The notes: generated by a model not told the origin, from the letters alone. 64,000 nucleotides of DNA from a virus (IMGVR_UViG_3300003324_000863:2170-66169), one strand, 5' to 3'. Shown: positions 1-9,087, numbered from the stretch's first letter. Translations and numbers: made by a program.

Positions 1-1065
1 GCGGGTGACCTGAGAGCGGGCGATCTCCCTCACCTCCTCGTCGGCGAACGCAGCCGCCATCTCCTTCTCCAGGTTCTCCAGGTACTCGAGCTGCTTCTTG
101 CTCTCGACTGCCTCCTCACAGTAGTCATCCCGGATCTGGAGGATGGCCTCGTGTGCTCCGTATCCCCCGAGACAGATGAGAAGCGAGGAGAGTCCGGTGC
201 CGGTTCGGCCGTGTCCCCCAACACAGCAGAGGGTGACCCGGCCTTCGAGCTTGCCATGCCGGTCGATGAGGAGTTCCTTGATCCGTACCCAGAGGGCCAG
301 CCAGAAGGGAGCGCCGACGGGGGGGATGCCCTGGTCCGGCCACTTGAACTTGATGAGGGCGCCCGGCTCCTTGGGTCGAGGGACCAGGACGTTCAGCGCC
401 CGGAACTGCTCTGGTCCGGTGAGGACGAACTTGTCCGGGTCCTTGCCGAGGGAGTAGGAGTCAGCGAAGTCCAGCACCACGTCCGGCTCGTAGTCCATGT
501 CCAGGTTCGCGGCCTTCGACCCGGAGAAGACGACGTCCCCGATCTTGAAGACCAGGTCCAGGTCCGAGCCATCGTGCGGCCCGCTGCAGTTGGCCTTGTA
601 GCTGTACCCCGTGCCCCCCGTGTAGCTCTGTCCTGTCCCGGTCACCTTCCCCTCCGTCTCCGGCGCCTTTACATCAGACGCCACTGTGCTCTCCACTCCC
701 GCCTCCGTCCCGATGATCGTCTCTCCGTAGAGGTAGGTTGCCTGGTCGGGGTCGATGAAAGCGGCCTGGCCGAACTTCTCGAAGATGAAGTCGTACCACC
801 AGTCATCAGTCAGCTCGTCCAGGTTCTGGTCCTCCAGCCACTTGATGTACTCGTTGTACAGGCTGTCATCGACGGCGTCGAACTGGAACTCTGGCTTCAG
901 ATCATCGTGACCTAAGAGGTAGCCCGGGTACGTCTCTTCATCCTCGTCTTCCCAGTCATCATCGTCTGCTGCCAGCTCAGCTTGGACCGCACCGACGTCC
1001 CCATCGAGGAAGAGGAGGGCATCGGACTGGGGCTTCGGCTTCCCCTTAGTCTTCGTCTTCTTCAT
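1..1065 (-). CDS. PTP/dual-specificity phosphatase with acidic N-terminus; frameshifted and running off the window edge
   Basis: Manual translation from ATG at 1065 (MKKTKTKGKPKPQ, after GAGGAGG) gives KFKWPDQGIP (WPD loop) and TLCCVGGHGRTGTG (CX5R P-loop). About three frame changes are needed, near 580, 370 and 320. Confidence 0.75.
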   Translation of the reverse strand, partial: MKKTKTKGKPKPQSDALLFLDGDVGAVQAELAADDDDWEDEDEETYPGYLLGHDDLKPEFQFDAVDDSLYNEYIKWLEDQNLDELTDDWWYDFIFEKFGQAAFIDPDQATYLYGETIIGTEAGVESTVASDVKAPETEGKVTGTGQSYTGGTGYSYKANCSGPHDGSDLDLVFKIGDVVFSGSKAANLDMDYEPDVVLDFADSYSLGKDPDKFVLTGPEQFRALNVLVPRPKEPGALIKFKWPDQGIPPVGAPFWLALWVRIKELLIDRHGKLEGRVTLCCVGGHGRTGTGLSSLLICLGGYGAHEAILQIRDDYCEEAVESKKQLEYLENLEKEMAAAFADEEVREIARSQVTR

Positions 1066-3790
1066 CCGCTTCCTCCTCCTCGTCGTCGTCTTCATCCATC
1101 TGGGGGCAGCAGTCCTCCGAGGTGCAGTCCCAGCAGAGGAGCTCGCCGCAGTGGTCACAGGAGTGCTGCCAGTCCACCATGCCGTTCCCGCAGAGGACGC
1201 AGTGGTACTGGTACTCCACTTCCTCCTCGGACTCCTCGTACTCCGGGACGGGCTCGACGATCTTGGTGTCTGGGATAAGCTGCTTATTGCAGGAGTCCTC
1301 CCCGATCAGGCAGCAGGACTCCGGTGCCGTGTAGGCAAGGCAGTTCTCGTGGATGTTGCCGACCCGGATATCCCCGTCGACCACCGGCAGCTGCTTGTAC
1401 GTCATCTTGGAGTGGGCCAGGGACTTGATGTGGTCCAGAGCCAGAGCCTTCAGGTAGCTCTGGCAGTTGTCGCAGACCCCAATGTCGTCGAGATTCACGT
1501 TGACTGCCGTGTACCCCGGCTCTCCGCCCCGCTTGTACTGGATGTGGACGAAGCCCTGCTCGGGCACCCACCGTCCCTGGGCGTAGGTCACCGGCGGCAG
1601 GGTCACCACCGTCGGCTCGGGCTTCGGCGCCTGGGCAAGGATCGCCTTGGCCAGCTCACCCACGGTCATTCCCACGGTTCCTGACTGGGGTGGCGCCGAC
1701 ATCTTCATGGCCGCTTCGTACTTCTTCTTGTTGGCGGCGATGAGCTTCGCCTCGTACTCTGCGTGGGCCTTGGCCTGCTTCTCCAGCTCGACCTGCTTGC
1801 GGTACTCATGATCTCGGATGATCCGCTCGGTCTTGGGATCGGGCACCCAGGTCGGGACAGTGTGCATCTTGCCGAGCACCGAGATCACCCGGTCTCCCAT
1901 CTCGAAGACCGTGCCGTCCCGCCGCAGCCGCTCCGCTTCCCAGATGGAGATCGCTGCTCGGGCGGGCACGATGGGATGGCCCTGGGCTGCGAGGTCGAAG
2001 GTGTGGCCGTGGGCCCACTTGTTCAGCCACCAGCCCCCGTTGTGGACCTGGTCGACGGCGACGTTGAGGGCCTTGGCCAGGCCGTCCACCTCCAGCTTCC
2101 CCGTAACGAAGTCCCGGATGGCCTGGTCGACCTGGAGCGTCGCCACCGCGCAGTCCTTCCACCGCCGACCGCCGATGGACCCCGCTCCCCAGGGGTACTT
2201 CTCAAAGATCCATCGGGCCCGCTCCAAGGCCTGCCGTCCCCCGAACGGAGACCGGAAGCTCTCCGTGTACACCTCCTCCCGCGTCCGCTCCCGCCGGGCC
2301 AGCCGGGCATGCCGTGCCTCACCGAGACAGGCCGCCGATCCGTACCGCAGGATCATGGCCATGGCATAGCCGATGTGGTACGTATCCTGACCGCGGAGGA
2401 GGCCGGAGTTGTGGGCTGCCCAGACCAGGTGGTTGATCTTCGACGCATGGCCAACGTATGCCGTGCCCTGATCGTAGTCCAGCTGCTTCTTGATGTGCTT
2501 CAGGTCCGTCATGAAGCCGGCGACCAGTCCATCCAGTGCCGCCTCCCTGCTGTAGGGCTCGAGATCGAACGTCGGTTCAAGCACGTCTCCGACCTGGGGC
2601 TCGAAGCTGATGACGATCGGGATGCGGGACGAGAGACAGTGGGCGCCGTAGTGGGTCGCCAAGCTGCCGCCTGGGTGGTAGACCACGGTACCCGGCTCGA
2701 ACTCCTTGACCTTCCGCTCCCATTCGAGGAGGTCACCTGACGCTTCGACGACGTGCTGGACGGTCATCTTCTCGGGGATGTAGTCCCGCTTGCCCTCGGC
2801 CTTGGGCCCGGCCCGGAGCTGGACGAACTTGGCGCCCCCGTTCTCGTCGATGACCACCTCGAAGTAGGGATGCTCATCGGCCACGTCCACCCCGGCGTTC
2901 TTCATCCGGTGGGCATGCTCGATGTGCCACTCGGATGCCTGGGGTAGGACCACCGCACCCTTCCCACTCGTCGCCCCGTCGTGCCCGGGTCCGATGGTGA
3001 GGAGGTTCGGGGTCCAGACCACGTTCAGCTGCGCATTGACCGGCGGCATGAGGATCAGCTCAGCCTCGGGGTCCTCGGCCAGTGCCTCCTCCAGGACCTT
3101 GACCGCCTCGTCTGCGGTCTTCACCTTCCGGCTATCGACGAAGCCGTGGCGTGGCCGAGTGGGGGCAGGCCGGGCGAACACCTCACCGATCGGGTTCTTG
3201 AACCGCCCCGACTTGTGATGGAAGGCGAAGCGCACCCCGTCCGCATCCTGGGCCACGACGTAGCTCAGGGTCGGGAGGCTGAAGCCAGGGAGCTGGGGCA
3301 GCCCCTTCGCCTTCTGGGTACGGAGCCGCTTGGCATCCGTGTACACCCCGTAGGCCTCGGGATCATAGACCCACGCCTTCGGCACCTCGACCCTGGGTGC
3401 AGAGCTGACCCCCGTTCCGCCGACCGAGGAGCGGAAGACCCCCAGCATCTCCTCGAAGCTGATCGCCTTCGGCGCGTCCAGGGTAGCGGGGATCTCCGCC
3501 CCGATCTCCACCTGAGGGGACTCCTCTAGGGCATCGTCGGAGACAGGCACGATCCATTCCTCCTTGTACCCGAAGGCCGTAGAGGAGTAGTAGGTAGGGT
3601 CCTCCCCCGGGTCAGGGATAGGGGCCGGCTCGGGCCACGTCACCTGGTAGTCGTAGAAGCCTCCGGGCTCGAGAACGTTCGCCACTGTACCGACCAGGTG
3701 ATCCGGGGGGCAGTTGGCGCCTGAGTTGGGGTTGACCTTGACCTTCATCCCAACCTTCAGCTTGGTCGGCGTGTCAACGAGTGCTGCCAT
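1046..3790 (-). CDS. PEP-synthase/PPDK-like phosphotransferase: ATP-grasp-like region, phospho-His swivel, unknown helical domain, Zn ribbon and acidic tail
   Basis: Motifs KAKGLPQLPGFSLP, FEVVIDENGGAKFVQLR and VVYHPGGSLATHYGAHC..RIPIV resemble PEP-utiliser motifs; AAAGGAGG RBS. Confidence 0.7.
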   Translation of the reverse strand: MAALVDTPTKLKVGMKVKVNPNSGANCPPDHLVGTVANVLEPGGFYDYQVTWPEPAPIPDPGEDPTYYSSTAFGYKEEWIVPVSDDALEESPQVEIGAEIPATLDAPKAISFEEMLGVFRSSVGGTGVSSAPRVEVPKAWVYDPEAYGVYTDAKRLRTQKAKGLPQLPGFSLPTLSYVVAQDADGVRFAFHHKSGRFKNPIGEVFARPAPTRPRHGFVDSRKVKTADEAVKVLEEALAEDPEAELILMPPVNAQLNVVWTPNLLTIGPGHDGATSGKGAVVLPQASEWHIEHAHRMKNAGVDVADEHPYFEVVIDENGGAKFVQLRAGPKAEGKRDYIPEKMTVQHVVEASGDLLEWERKVKEFEPGTVVYHPGGSLATHYGAHCLSSRIPIVISFEPQVGDVLEPTFDLEPYSREAALDGLVAGFMTDLKHIKKQLDYDQGTAYVGHASKINHLVWAAHNSGLLRGQDTYHIGYAMAMILRYGSAACLGEARHARLARRERTREEVYTESFRSPFGGRQALERARWIFEKYPWGAGSIGGRRWKDCAVATLQVDQAIRDFVTGKLEVDGLAKALNVAVDQVHNGGWWLNKWAHGHTFDLAAQGHPIVPARAAISIWEAERLRRDGTVFEMGDRVISVLGKMHTVPTWVPDPKTERIIRDHEYRKQVELEKQAKAHAEYEAKLIAANKKKYEAAMKMSAPPQSGTVGMTVGELAKAILAQAPKPEPTVVTLPPVTYAQGRWVPEQGFVHIQYKRGGEPGYTAVNVNLDDIGVCDNCQSYLKALALDHIKSLAHSKMTYKQLPVVDGDIRVGNIHENCLAYTAPESCCLIGEDSCNKQLIPDTKIVEPVPEYEESEEEVEYQYHCVLCGNGMVDWQHSCDHCGELLCWDCTSEDCCPQMDEDDDEEEEADEEDED

Positions 3791-3842
3791 GCGTCCTCCT
3801 TTCGTCGCATCACTTCACTCCGCGTCAGCGGAGAGCGGAGAG

Positions 3843-4109
3843 TTAAGCGCTTAACTTGTAGGCCAGCCGCACTATCGCTTGCAGCTCCAGCAGACTGATG
3901 GGGAGCTGCTCGCCCCGTGGATCGTAGACTCCGGCAGTACTGAAGTGGCCCTCACTCTTGCGGAACTCCTGATCGGCGGCGTAGGCGATGGCTGCCTGGA
4001 ACGAGGGGAACCCGGACCGAGAGAGCAGCTTGCCCTCGACCCAGTAGGTGACGCGGTACGAAGGACTGAGCATGCGCTCGAACTCTGCCTTGTCAAGGAC
4101 CTTGACCAT
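3843..4109 (-). CDS. hypothetical early protein
   Basis: ORF MVKVLDKAEF, downstream of a promoter. Confidence 0.6.
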   Translation of the reverse strand: MVKVLDKAEFERMLSPSYRVTYWVEGKLLSRSGFPSFQAAIAYAADQEFRKSEGHFSTAGVYDPRGEQLPISLLELQAIVRLAYKLSA

Positions 4110-4163
4110 TGACCTAACCCCCTTTACCTGGGACTTCGTGACTGTTTCGTTCGGTCGATCGGC

Positions 4164-4198
4164 ATTGTCGCACGATCGAGCGGCGGCCGTCAAGATGG
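4164..4198 (-). promoter_or_regulatory. early sigma70-type promoter, copy 1
   Basis: TTGACG-18 nt-GACAAT with TG extension; near-identical copy at 5589-5623. Confidence 0.7.
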
Positions 4199-4209
4199 GG
4201 AACGCGGGT

Positions 4210-5022
4210 CTACGGGGTGAAGGTGTGCGTCTTCCCACGAGCGAGGGAGTAGAGCTGAACCCTATCTTTGGTGTTAGGGCACAGCCGTTCCCCGATCTCC
4301 AGCACTGCCTTGAGGGCGCCGTCGGTGAGAGGGAAGTTGTAGCTGGTGGGGTAGGTGGGATTAGCTAGCATATTTTCAGCCCGGATCAGTAGAGATCGGG
4401 CGATGATGCCGAGCACGTCTTTCCCCATACCGTATCTCTTCCGGAGTTCCTCCTCGAATGGCCGCAGCCCCTCGACGATGCACCTGGCCAGGGCCTCAGC
4501 CTTCTCCTCGATGGTCTCACCCACCGGCGTGCTGGTCCAGGGATCGAGCCACTCGGGCTTGTAGTAGAGCTTGAGGTTCGGGGTATATCCCATCTTGGTG
4601 CCCGTCAGTGGGTGGTGGGTCTGTGGTGTCTCAAACTCCACAATGATGGGATTGAAGGGATGCGGGGTGTCCTGAGGATTGAACCCGGTGACCTTGCCCC
4701 TGATCTCTGGATTTCCATGTCCCTCCCTGGTCCGGACCTCGTCCCCGATCTGGAACCCTCCGGTTACCAGCTCCGGCGTCTCTTCCTGCGGAGCAGCCAG
4801 CTCCAGCTCCCAGTCGTAATAGTGGTCCTCGTCCTTGCCCTCCTTCAGCCAGTAGGGCGTGCCTGATGCAGTCCCGTAGTGGCCGTTCGGCTGGTCCCAC
4901 TTGACAAGGAACAGGCCATCGTAGATTTCCGCGGTCACCATGCCGAGGGTCTCGGGGCTGACGACGTGGTGCCCGTCGAGCTGGTTCGCCTTGAACCTGA
5001 CCTTGTCTCCGACCTTGAACAT
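4210..5022 (-). CDS. protein with two SH3/KOW-like modules
   Basis: FKVGDKVRF and FQIGDEVRT repeats; GAGGAGGAG RBS. Confidence 0.7.
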   Translation of the reverse strand: MFKVGDKVRFKANQLDGHHVVSPETLGMVTAEIYDGLFLVKWDQPNGHYGTASGTPYWLKEGKDEDHYYDWELELAAPQEETPELVTGGFQIGDEVRTREGHGNPEIRGKVTGFNPQDTPHPFNPIIVEFETPQTHHPLTGTKMGYTPNLKLYYKPEWLDPWTSTPVGETIEEKAEALARCIVEGLRPFEEELRKRYGMGKDVLGIIARSLLIRAENMLANPTYPTSYNFPLTDGALKAVLEIGERLCPNTKDRVQLYSLARGKTHTFTP

Positions 5023-5070
5023 CGCTCCTCCTCTCTAGCCCAAGTCTCCAGCGTGCCGCCGGCAGTCCAG

Positions 5071-5262
5071 CTAGAAGACATAGGTCAGGTCCACGGGCTC
5101 ACGGGTTACTTGGACTACGAACCACCCCAAGCGTAGCTCTAGGACCGGCCGCTCGGAGTTGTCCCGCCGGATATAGAATGGACAGCATCCCTCCTTATCG
5201 TAGGTATCCGACTTCAAACGCCATCTCTGGCCGAATGGACACCGATAGATGCTGATCGTCAT
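5071..5262 (-). CDS. hypothetical protein
   Basis: ORF whose start overlaps the upstream stop; GGAGG RBS. Confidence 0.55.
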   Translation of the reverse strand: MTISIYRCPFGQRWRLKSDTYDKEGCCPFYIRRDNSERPVLELRLGWFVVQVTREPVDLTYVF

Positions 5263-5498
5263 CGTGAGTACCGATCCTCCCCTTGCCCAGCCACTCGGGT
5301 GAACTGGCCGCCGTTGAAGTCGGCGTAGTCCTCCTCGAATAAGCGCTTATACCATCGGGTCACCTCGTCCCAGAACTCCGCATCCGGCTGGGTCTTGGGG
5401 TGGCCCTGCTTGTCCCGCTCTTCCCGTCGGGTCAGGTCCAGGCCGTGGCGGAGGGCCGAAGCTACTTCACCTATGTTCTTCCGATCCGCTCGGGACAT
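5259..5498 (-). CDS. hypothetical protein
   Basis: ORF MSRADRKNIG, downstream of promoter copy 2. Confidence 0.55.
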   Translation of the reverse strand: MSRADRKNIGEVASALRHGLDLTRREERDKQGHPKTQPDAEFWDEVTRWYKRLFEEDYADFNGGQFTRVAGQGEDRYSR

Positions 5499-5588
5499 AG
5501 GGCTCTTCCTTATTGCTTCTGGCAGACTTCTCACCTCCCTTCTTATAGTCTCCCGTCTGACACTAGGCGTCCGACGTGAAACGGGTCG

Positions 5589-5623
5589 ATTGTCGCACGG
5601 CCGAGCGGCGGCCGTCAAGATGG
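5589..5623 (-). promoter_or_regulatory. early sigma70-type promoter, copy 2
   Basis: 33/35 identity to 4164-4198. Confidence 0.7.
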
Positions 5624-5660
5624 TCTCGCGTCCCATCACCTCCGACTTTAGCCGCTTAAC

Positions 5661-5700
5661 TATGGCTGCACCCCAAGGCCGAGGCTGAGTCTTTGTCTAG
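5661..5700 (+). repeat. dispersed element copy S1 (type A, short)
   Basis: GCACCCCAAGGCCGAGGC-TGA-GTCTTTGTCTA. Confidence 0.8.
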
Positions 5701-5843
5701 GCGGTCTCGGCCCAACACGAGCGGATGTAGGCGCGAAAGTACACCAGGTCTCCCGTGCTCTGCCAGAGTCTTGCCCAGTCTTGGGACTTCATCGTGGGCC
5801 AGACGGCGTGCCAGAGGATCATGGTGAGGTCGACGAAGTCCAT
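5697..5843 (-). CDS. small hypothetical protein
   Basis: MDFVDLTMIL with GGAGG RBS. Confidence 0.5.
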   Translation of the reverse strand: MDFVDLTMILWHAVWPTMKSQDWARLWQSTGDLVYFRAYIRSCWAETA

Positions 5844-5845
5844 GG

Positions 5846-5998
5846 TCAGCCTCCGATCTGGTCTTGCCAGTATGCCGCGGCCGTCTTGGCGTGGCGGTAG
5901 ACCATCCATGCCCCAGGACAGCCGGTCTTGAGGAACTCCTGCCAGAAGCGATCGGCCCGTCTCAGGCAGGCCTCCCGCTGCGTCTCGGCGTAGCTCAT
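5846..5998 (-). CDS. small hypothetical protein
   Basis: MSYAETQREA with GAGGGA RBS. Confidence 0.5.
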   Translation of the reverse strand: MSYAETQREACLRRADRFWQEFLKTGCPGAWMVYRHAKTAAAYWQDQIGG

Positions 5999-6177
5999 GG
6001 TCGATCCCTCACGATCGGTTCGTGGAAATGGTGCGGTCTTGCGACGGAGATCACCCGCCGATTCTTTCCGTGCAGGCTCAAGGATCGGCTCTTGGTTTGC
6101 CTCTTGGGGCAGTCTGGGTTGGGGCATGGGTCTCGCTGGTCTCCCCGTGGGCAGCGGCAGGCACGGCAGGTAACCAT
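5995..6177 (-). CDS. small Cys-rich protein
   Basis: CRAC..CPNPDC; GGAGG RBS. Confidence 0.45.
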   Translation of the reverse strand: MVTCRACRCPRGDQRDPCPNPDCPKRQTKSRSLSLHGKNRRVISVARPHHFHEPIVRDRP

Positions 6178-6194
6178 CGCTCATCCTCCGAAGA

Positions 6195-6234
6195 TAAAGC
6201 AAGACCAGGGACCGATTGTCTCAGCCCCTGGTCT
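6195..6234 (-). terminator. intrinsic terminator
   Basis: CAAGACCAGGG/CCCTGGTCTTG stem followed by CTTTATCTT on the minus strand. Confidence 0.55.
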
Positions 6235-6263
6235 TGGGTCTATTCGATTGGCGCGGTCTTGGG

Positions 6264-6566
6264 CTAGGCCACCAGGTACAAGCTGGCGATGGTCTTGATG
6301 GTCTCGAACCCGGCGTACTCCTCCACCTCGAAGGCCGTCCCCTCAGGCAGCCACGTAATGGCCAACGTATCCTCCCCGAGGTAGCAGAAGTGCTCGTCCA
6401 TCCCTAGCACGAAGGGGCAGGGGCCAACCTTTCCACCCTCAACCCACTCGACGGTCTTGGGATCGAACAGGCACTCGGGGTGGTCTTGGTTCCAGGTATA
6501 CCAACCCGCGCCGTAGCCGGGTGAGTACAGCACCGCCACCTTCCCGTCTCGGATCACCTTCTCCAT
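6264..6566 (-). CDS. conserved phage hypothetical protein
   Basis: MEKVIRDGKVAVLYSPGYGAGWYTWN, a recurrent phage family; GGAGG RBS. Confidence 0.75.
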   Translation of the reverse strand: MEKVIRDGKVAVLYSPGYGAGWYTWNQDHPECLFDPKTVEWVEGGKVGPCPFVLGMDEHFCYLGEDTLAITWLPEGTAFEVEEYAGFETIKTIASLYLVA

Positions 6567-6651
6567 CGGTCTATCCTCCGTCTTGCTATGGGCTAGGCCC
6601 ACGCTTAGAAGGCCGAAGGCACGGACACCTTGGGCCCTCTCTAGCGTGGTC

Positions 6652-6906
6652 TTAGCTGGCCAGTGCCACCGCTTCGGTCTTGCCCACCGCGTCGAAGTCC
6701 CGCGCCAGGATGGTCTCAAGCTCATCAGCGGTCTTGCCCGTGGCGCGGCAAATGTCGGTCTTGGGCAGCCGCGAGGTCTTGGCGAACATCTTGGCGCACC
6801 AGTCTTCCAAGTCCTGCAAGGATGGGTCTGCCTTGGCGCGACGCTCTTGGGCTCGGGCAATGGTGCGGGCCTTAAGCGGCTTGTTGTGGCGCGCGGTCCT
6901 TGACAT
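6652..6906 (-). CDS. hypothetical protein
   Basis: MSRTARHNK with AAGGGAG RBS. Confidence 0.55.
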   Translation of the reverse strand: MSRTARHNKPLKARTIARAQERRAKADPSLQDLEDWCAKMFAKTSRLPKTDICRATGKTADELETILARDFDAVGKTEAVALAS

Positions 6907-7010
6907 GGGTCTAACTCCCTTCCCTCTGCCCCTGTTCTCAGGCGACAGCACTAACCCCCGAACCCGGAGGCTCAGGGGCTAGGGTTGTGGCCGGAGGATT
7001 AAGCGGTAGT

Positions 7011-7238
7011 CTACACGACTTCCCCGTTGTAATAGCAGTACTCGGAGACCTCCCAGTCCCAGTATAGGAGTACCGCACTCCGCATATCCTCCCAGATGTC
7101 TACTCGGGGATTGTCTGCGGCCCACCCAACCCACCGTAGGCCGTCATGCTCGTACCCCATATCCATTCTGGTACTCCACTCCCTAGGTATTGGGTGATCC
7201 TTCGGACATTCACCCTGGGGGTTTAGGGTAGGGCCCAC
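7011..7238 (-). CDS. hypothetical protein
   Basis: ORF fills the gap in the operon; start uncertain. Confidence 0.4.
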   Translation of the reverse strand: MGPTLNPQGECPKDHPIPREWSTRMDMGYEHDGLRWVGWAADNPRVDIWEDMRSAVLLYWDWEVSEYCYYNGEVV

Positions 7239-7259
7239 ATCCCTACCCCCGTCACCCGT

Positions 7260-7730
7260 CTAGCTCTTGGCGAAGCGGGCCTGAAGCTTGGCGAGCCGCG
7301 CCTTGTACTCCGCTTCCCGTCCTTCCTTGACCGCGATGCCCCCGTCGACGTTCACGGGCTGGCTGGCCATGATCCCGAGGATCTCTTCCTCCCACTCGAA
7401 GAACGTGAGCCAGTGCTCGGGGAAGTGCACGGCGGGGAAGCGGCCCAGTCCCGTCAGAGCGATCGTTCCCGATCCTACCGTGGGCTTCCCGTCCTTATCG
7501 TTGTTGCCCGTGGGGATGCCTTTGCCGTAGACCCGCAGCTTGATTGTGCTCGCCCCCGTGGACTTCGCAGCCTGGAGCGCCGCAATCTGCGCGTCTTTCT
7601 CCGCGAGCTTGGCGTCCTGGACGTTGATTTGAGCCTGTAGGCTAGCCAGCATCGCCTCGAGCTTGCCCATGTCCATGCTCGCCGCGGGGGTCTCCGTGGT
7701 CGTCGAGGTCGCCGTGGTCGTCTTGCCCAT
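7260..7730 (-). CDS. coiled-coil protein with GLGRFP motif
   Basis: Coiled coil followed by IALTGLGRFPAVHFPEHW. Confidence 0.65.
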   Translation of the reverse strand: MGKTTTATSTTTETPAASMDMGKLEAMLASLQAQINVQDAKLAEKDAQIAALQAAKSTGASTIKLRVYGKGIPTGNNDKDGKPTVGSGTIALTGLGRFPAVHFPEHWLTFFEWEEEILGIMASQPVNVDGGIAVKEGREAEYKARLAKLQARFAKS

Positions 7731-7815
7731 GATAGTCTCTCCCTTCATATCGGCCATAGCCGCATTCTTGGCATGCAGTAGCTCAGGGTGCATCTCACCC
7801 AGGGTAGGCATAGGC

Positions 7816-8175
7816 TTACCTCCGATTCAGCTTGGTTGCCTCCGATAGCCTGTACTGTCGGTCCCTGTCGGGCTTCCAGCCTTCCAGGGCCCAGGGGTAT
7901 TCCTCGGCTACACCGTCCTTCCAGCGGTTAGCCGCAACATACCGACGCTTACTCCGCTCCGCGTCCTGTTCCCGCATATCGGAGACACGGGACTGTAGCG
8001 CTACGGCGTCGGACACCCTTTTCTGGGCATTGTCAAGGGGCAGCTCCCCAGTAAGGATACGTCGCTTAACTTCAGCCCGAAGCACGACGTTCCGTGCCTG
8101 ATCCCCCAGAACCTGACGTGCCAGCAACTCCGCTTGGAGCTCAAGCATCTGCGCTAGCACGTCCGCCTCAGCCAC
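7816..8175 (-). CDS. hypothetical protein
   Basis: GTG start 2 nt after the upstream stop. Confidence 0.55.
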   Translation of the reverse strand: MAEADVLAQMLELQAELLARQVLGDQARNVVLRAEVKRRILTGELPLDNAQKRVSDAVALQSRVSDMREQDAERSKRRYVAANRWKDGVAEEYPWALEGWKPDRDRQYRLSEATKLNRR

Positions 8176-8177
8176 GG

Positions 8178-8315
8178 TTAGTTCCCCCAGTCCAGGTTGT
8201 CGAGGGGGATCATCCATCCCCGCGTCCCATCCGCGAACTGGACGTTGGCGAAGTCACCGATAACACGGTGAATGATGCCCCACCGTCCATCGAACCAAAC
8301 CCGATCGCCCGCCAT
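8178..8315 (-). CDS. small SH3-like protein
   Basis: MAGDRVWFDG..ANVQFADG; GGAGG RBS. Confidence 0.5.
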   Translation of the reverse strand: MAGDRVWFDGRWGIIHRVIGDFANVQFADGTRGWMIPLDNLDWGN

Positions 8316-8399
8316 GTCCAAACCTCCCACGTCGGCGTCCGTTGCTCGGTCGCCAGATGGGGAAATCATCGTGTATACACGGCCGAGAATCAATACCCG

Positions 8400-8725
8400 A
8401 AACGGACCAATTTGACTCGGATTCTGTGTGCGTCAAAAAAGTGACACGTCGGAAAAGTGACATACGTAGGCACGAATCGGCGATTCTGTAACAAAATCGC
8501 CTCGTGTTACTGCACAAAAATTGTTGATCAACAATCCCGACAATCGGCCGCCCAGTGGCCCCCGATGTGTCAGTAGCGGGGCATATCGCCAGAAACCGAC
8601 ACGTCAAAAAAGTGACACATCGCCGCGCAGCGCGGAGCTCCCACGGCCCCGCAGAGGCAGCGCCAGCCCGTCGGAAACGTAGGGCGGGGCAGCGCTGGGG
8701 ACACCCCCCCTCCGATTTTTCTGCC
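8400..8725. other. non-coding repeat-containing region; candidate genome terminus, packaging site or origin
   Basis: Lower GC; CGTCAAAAAAGTGACAC at 8431-8447 and 8602-8618; AAAAGTGACA at 8453; C7 tract at 8704. Confidence 0.45.
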
Positions 8726-8727
8726 CC

Positions 8728-9087
8728 TCAATTTTGGGCTCGAACCTTTCCTGACCGCTTCCTGACCGATGCTTCCGGCCTTCCCAGAATCCGCTGCACG
8801 ATCTGACGCGGCATCTCCGGGTGCTCCTCGAGGAACCGCAGCTCGGTGGGCGTCCAGGGGCGGCCGGAGTTCCGCGCGGTTCGGTGGTCGGAGAGCGGCC
8901 GCGTGAGGTTCAGGTGGGTCCAGGTCTTTCGGACGGCAATGTCGTGGATCGTCACTGGGGACACCCCGAACTCCGCCGCGATCTCCCGCTCCGTCTTCTC
9001 AGCGACCAGGAGCGCCCAGACCTGCCGGACCTTCTCCTCGGTCAGCCTGGCCCGGCCGTTCTGCGCCCCGACCCGTTCCATACTCAT
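8728..9087 (-). CDS. HTH DNA-binding protein
   Basis: ARLTEEKV..EREIAAEFGVSPVTIHDI..TW plus a second WTPTE..L module. Confidence 0.7.
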   Translation of the reverse strand: MSMERVGAQNGRARLTEEKVRQVWALLVAEKTEREIAAEFGVSPVTIHDIAVRKTWTHLNLTRPLSDHRTARNSGRPWTPTELRFLEEHPEMPRQIVQRILGRPEASVRKRSGKVRAQN

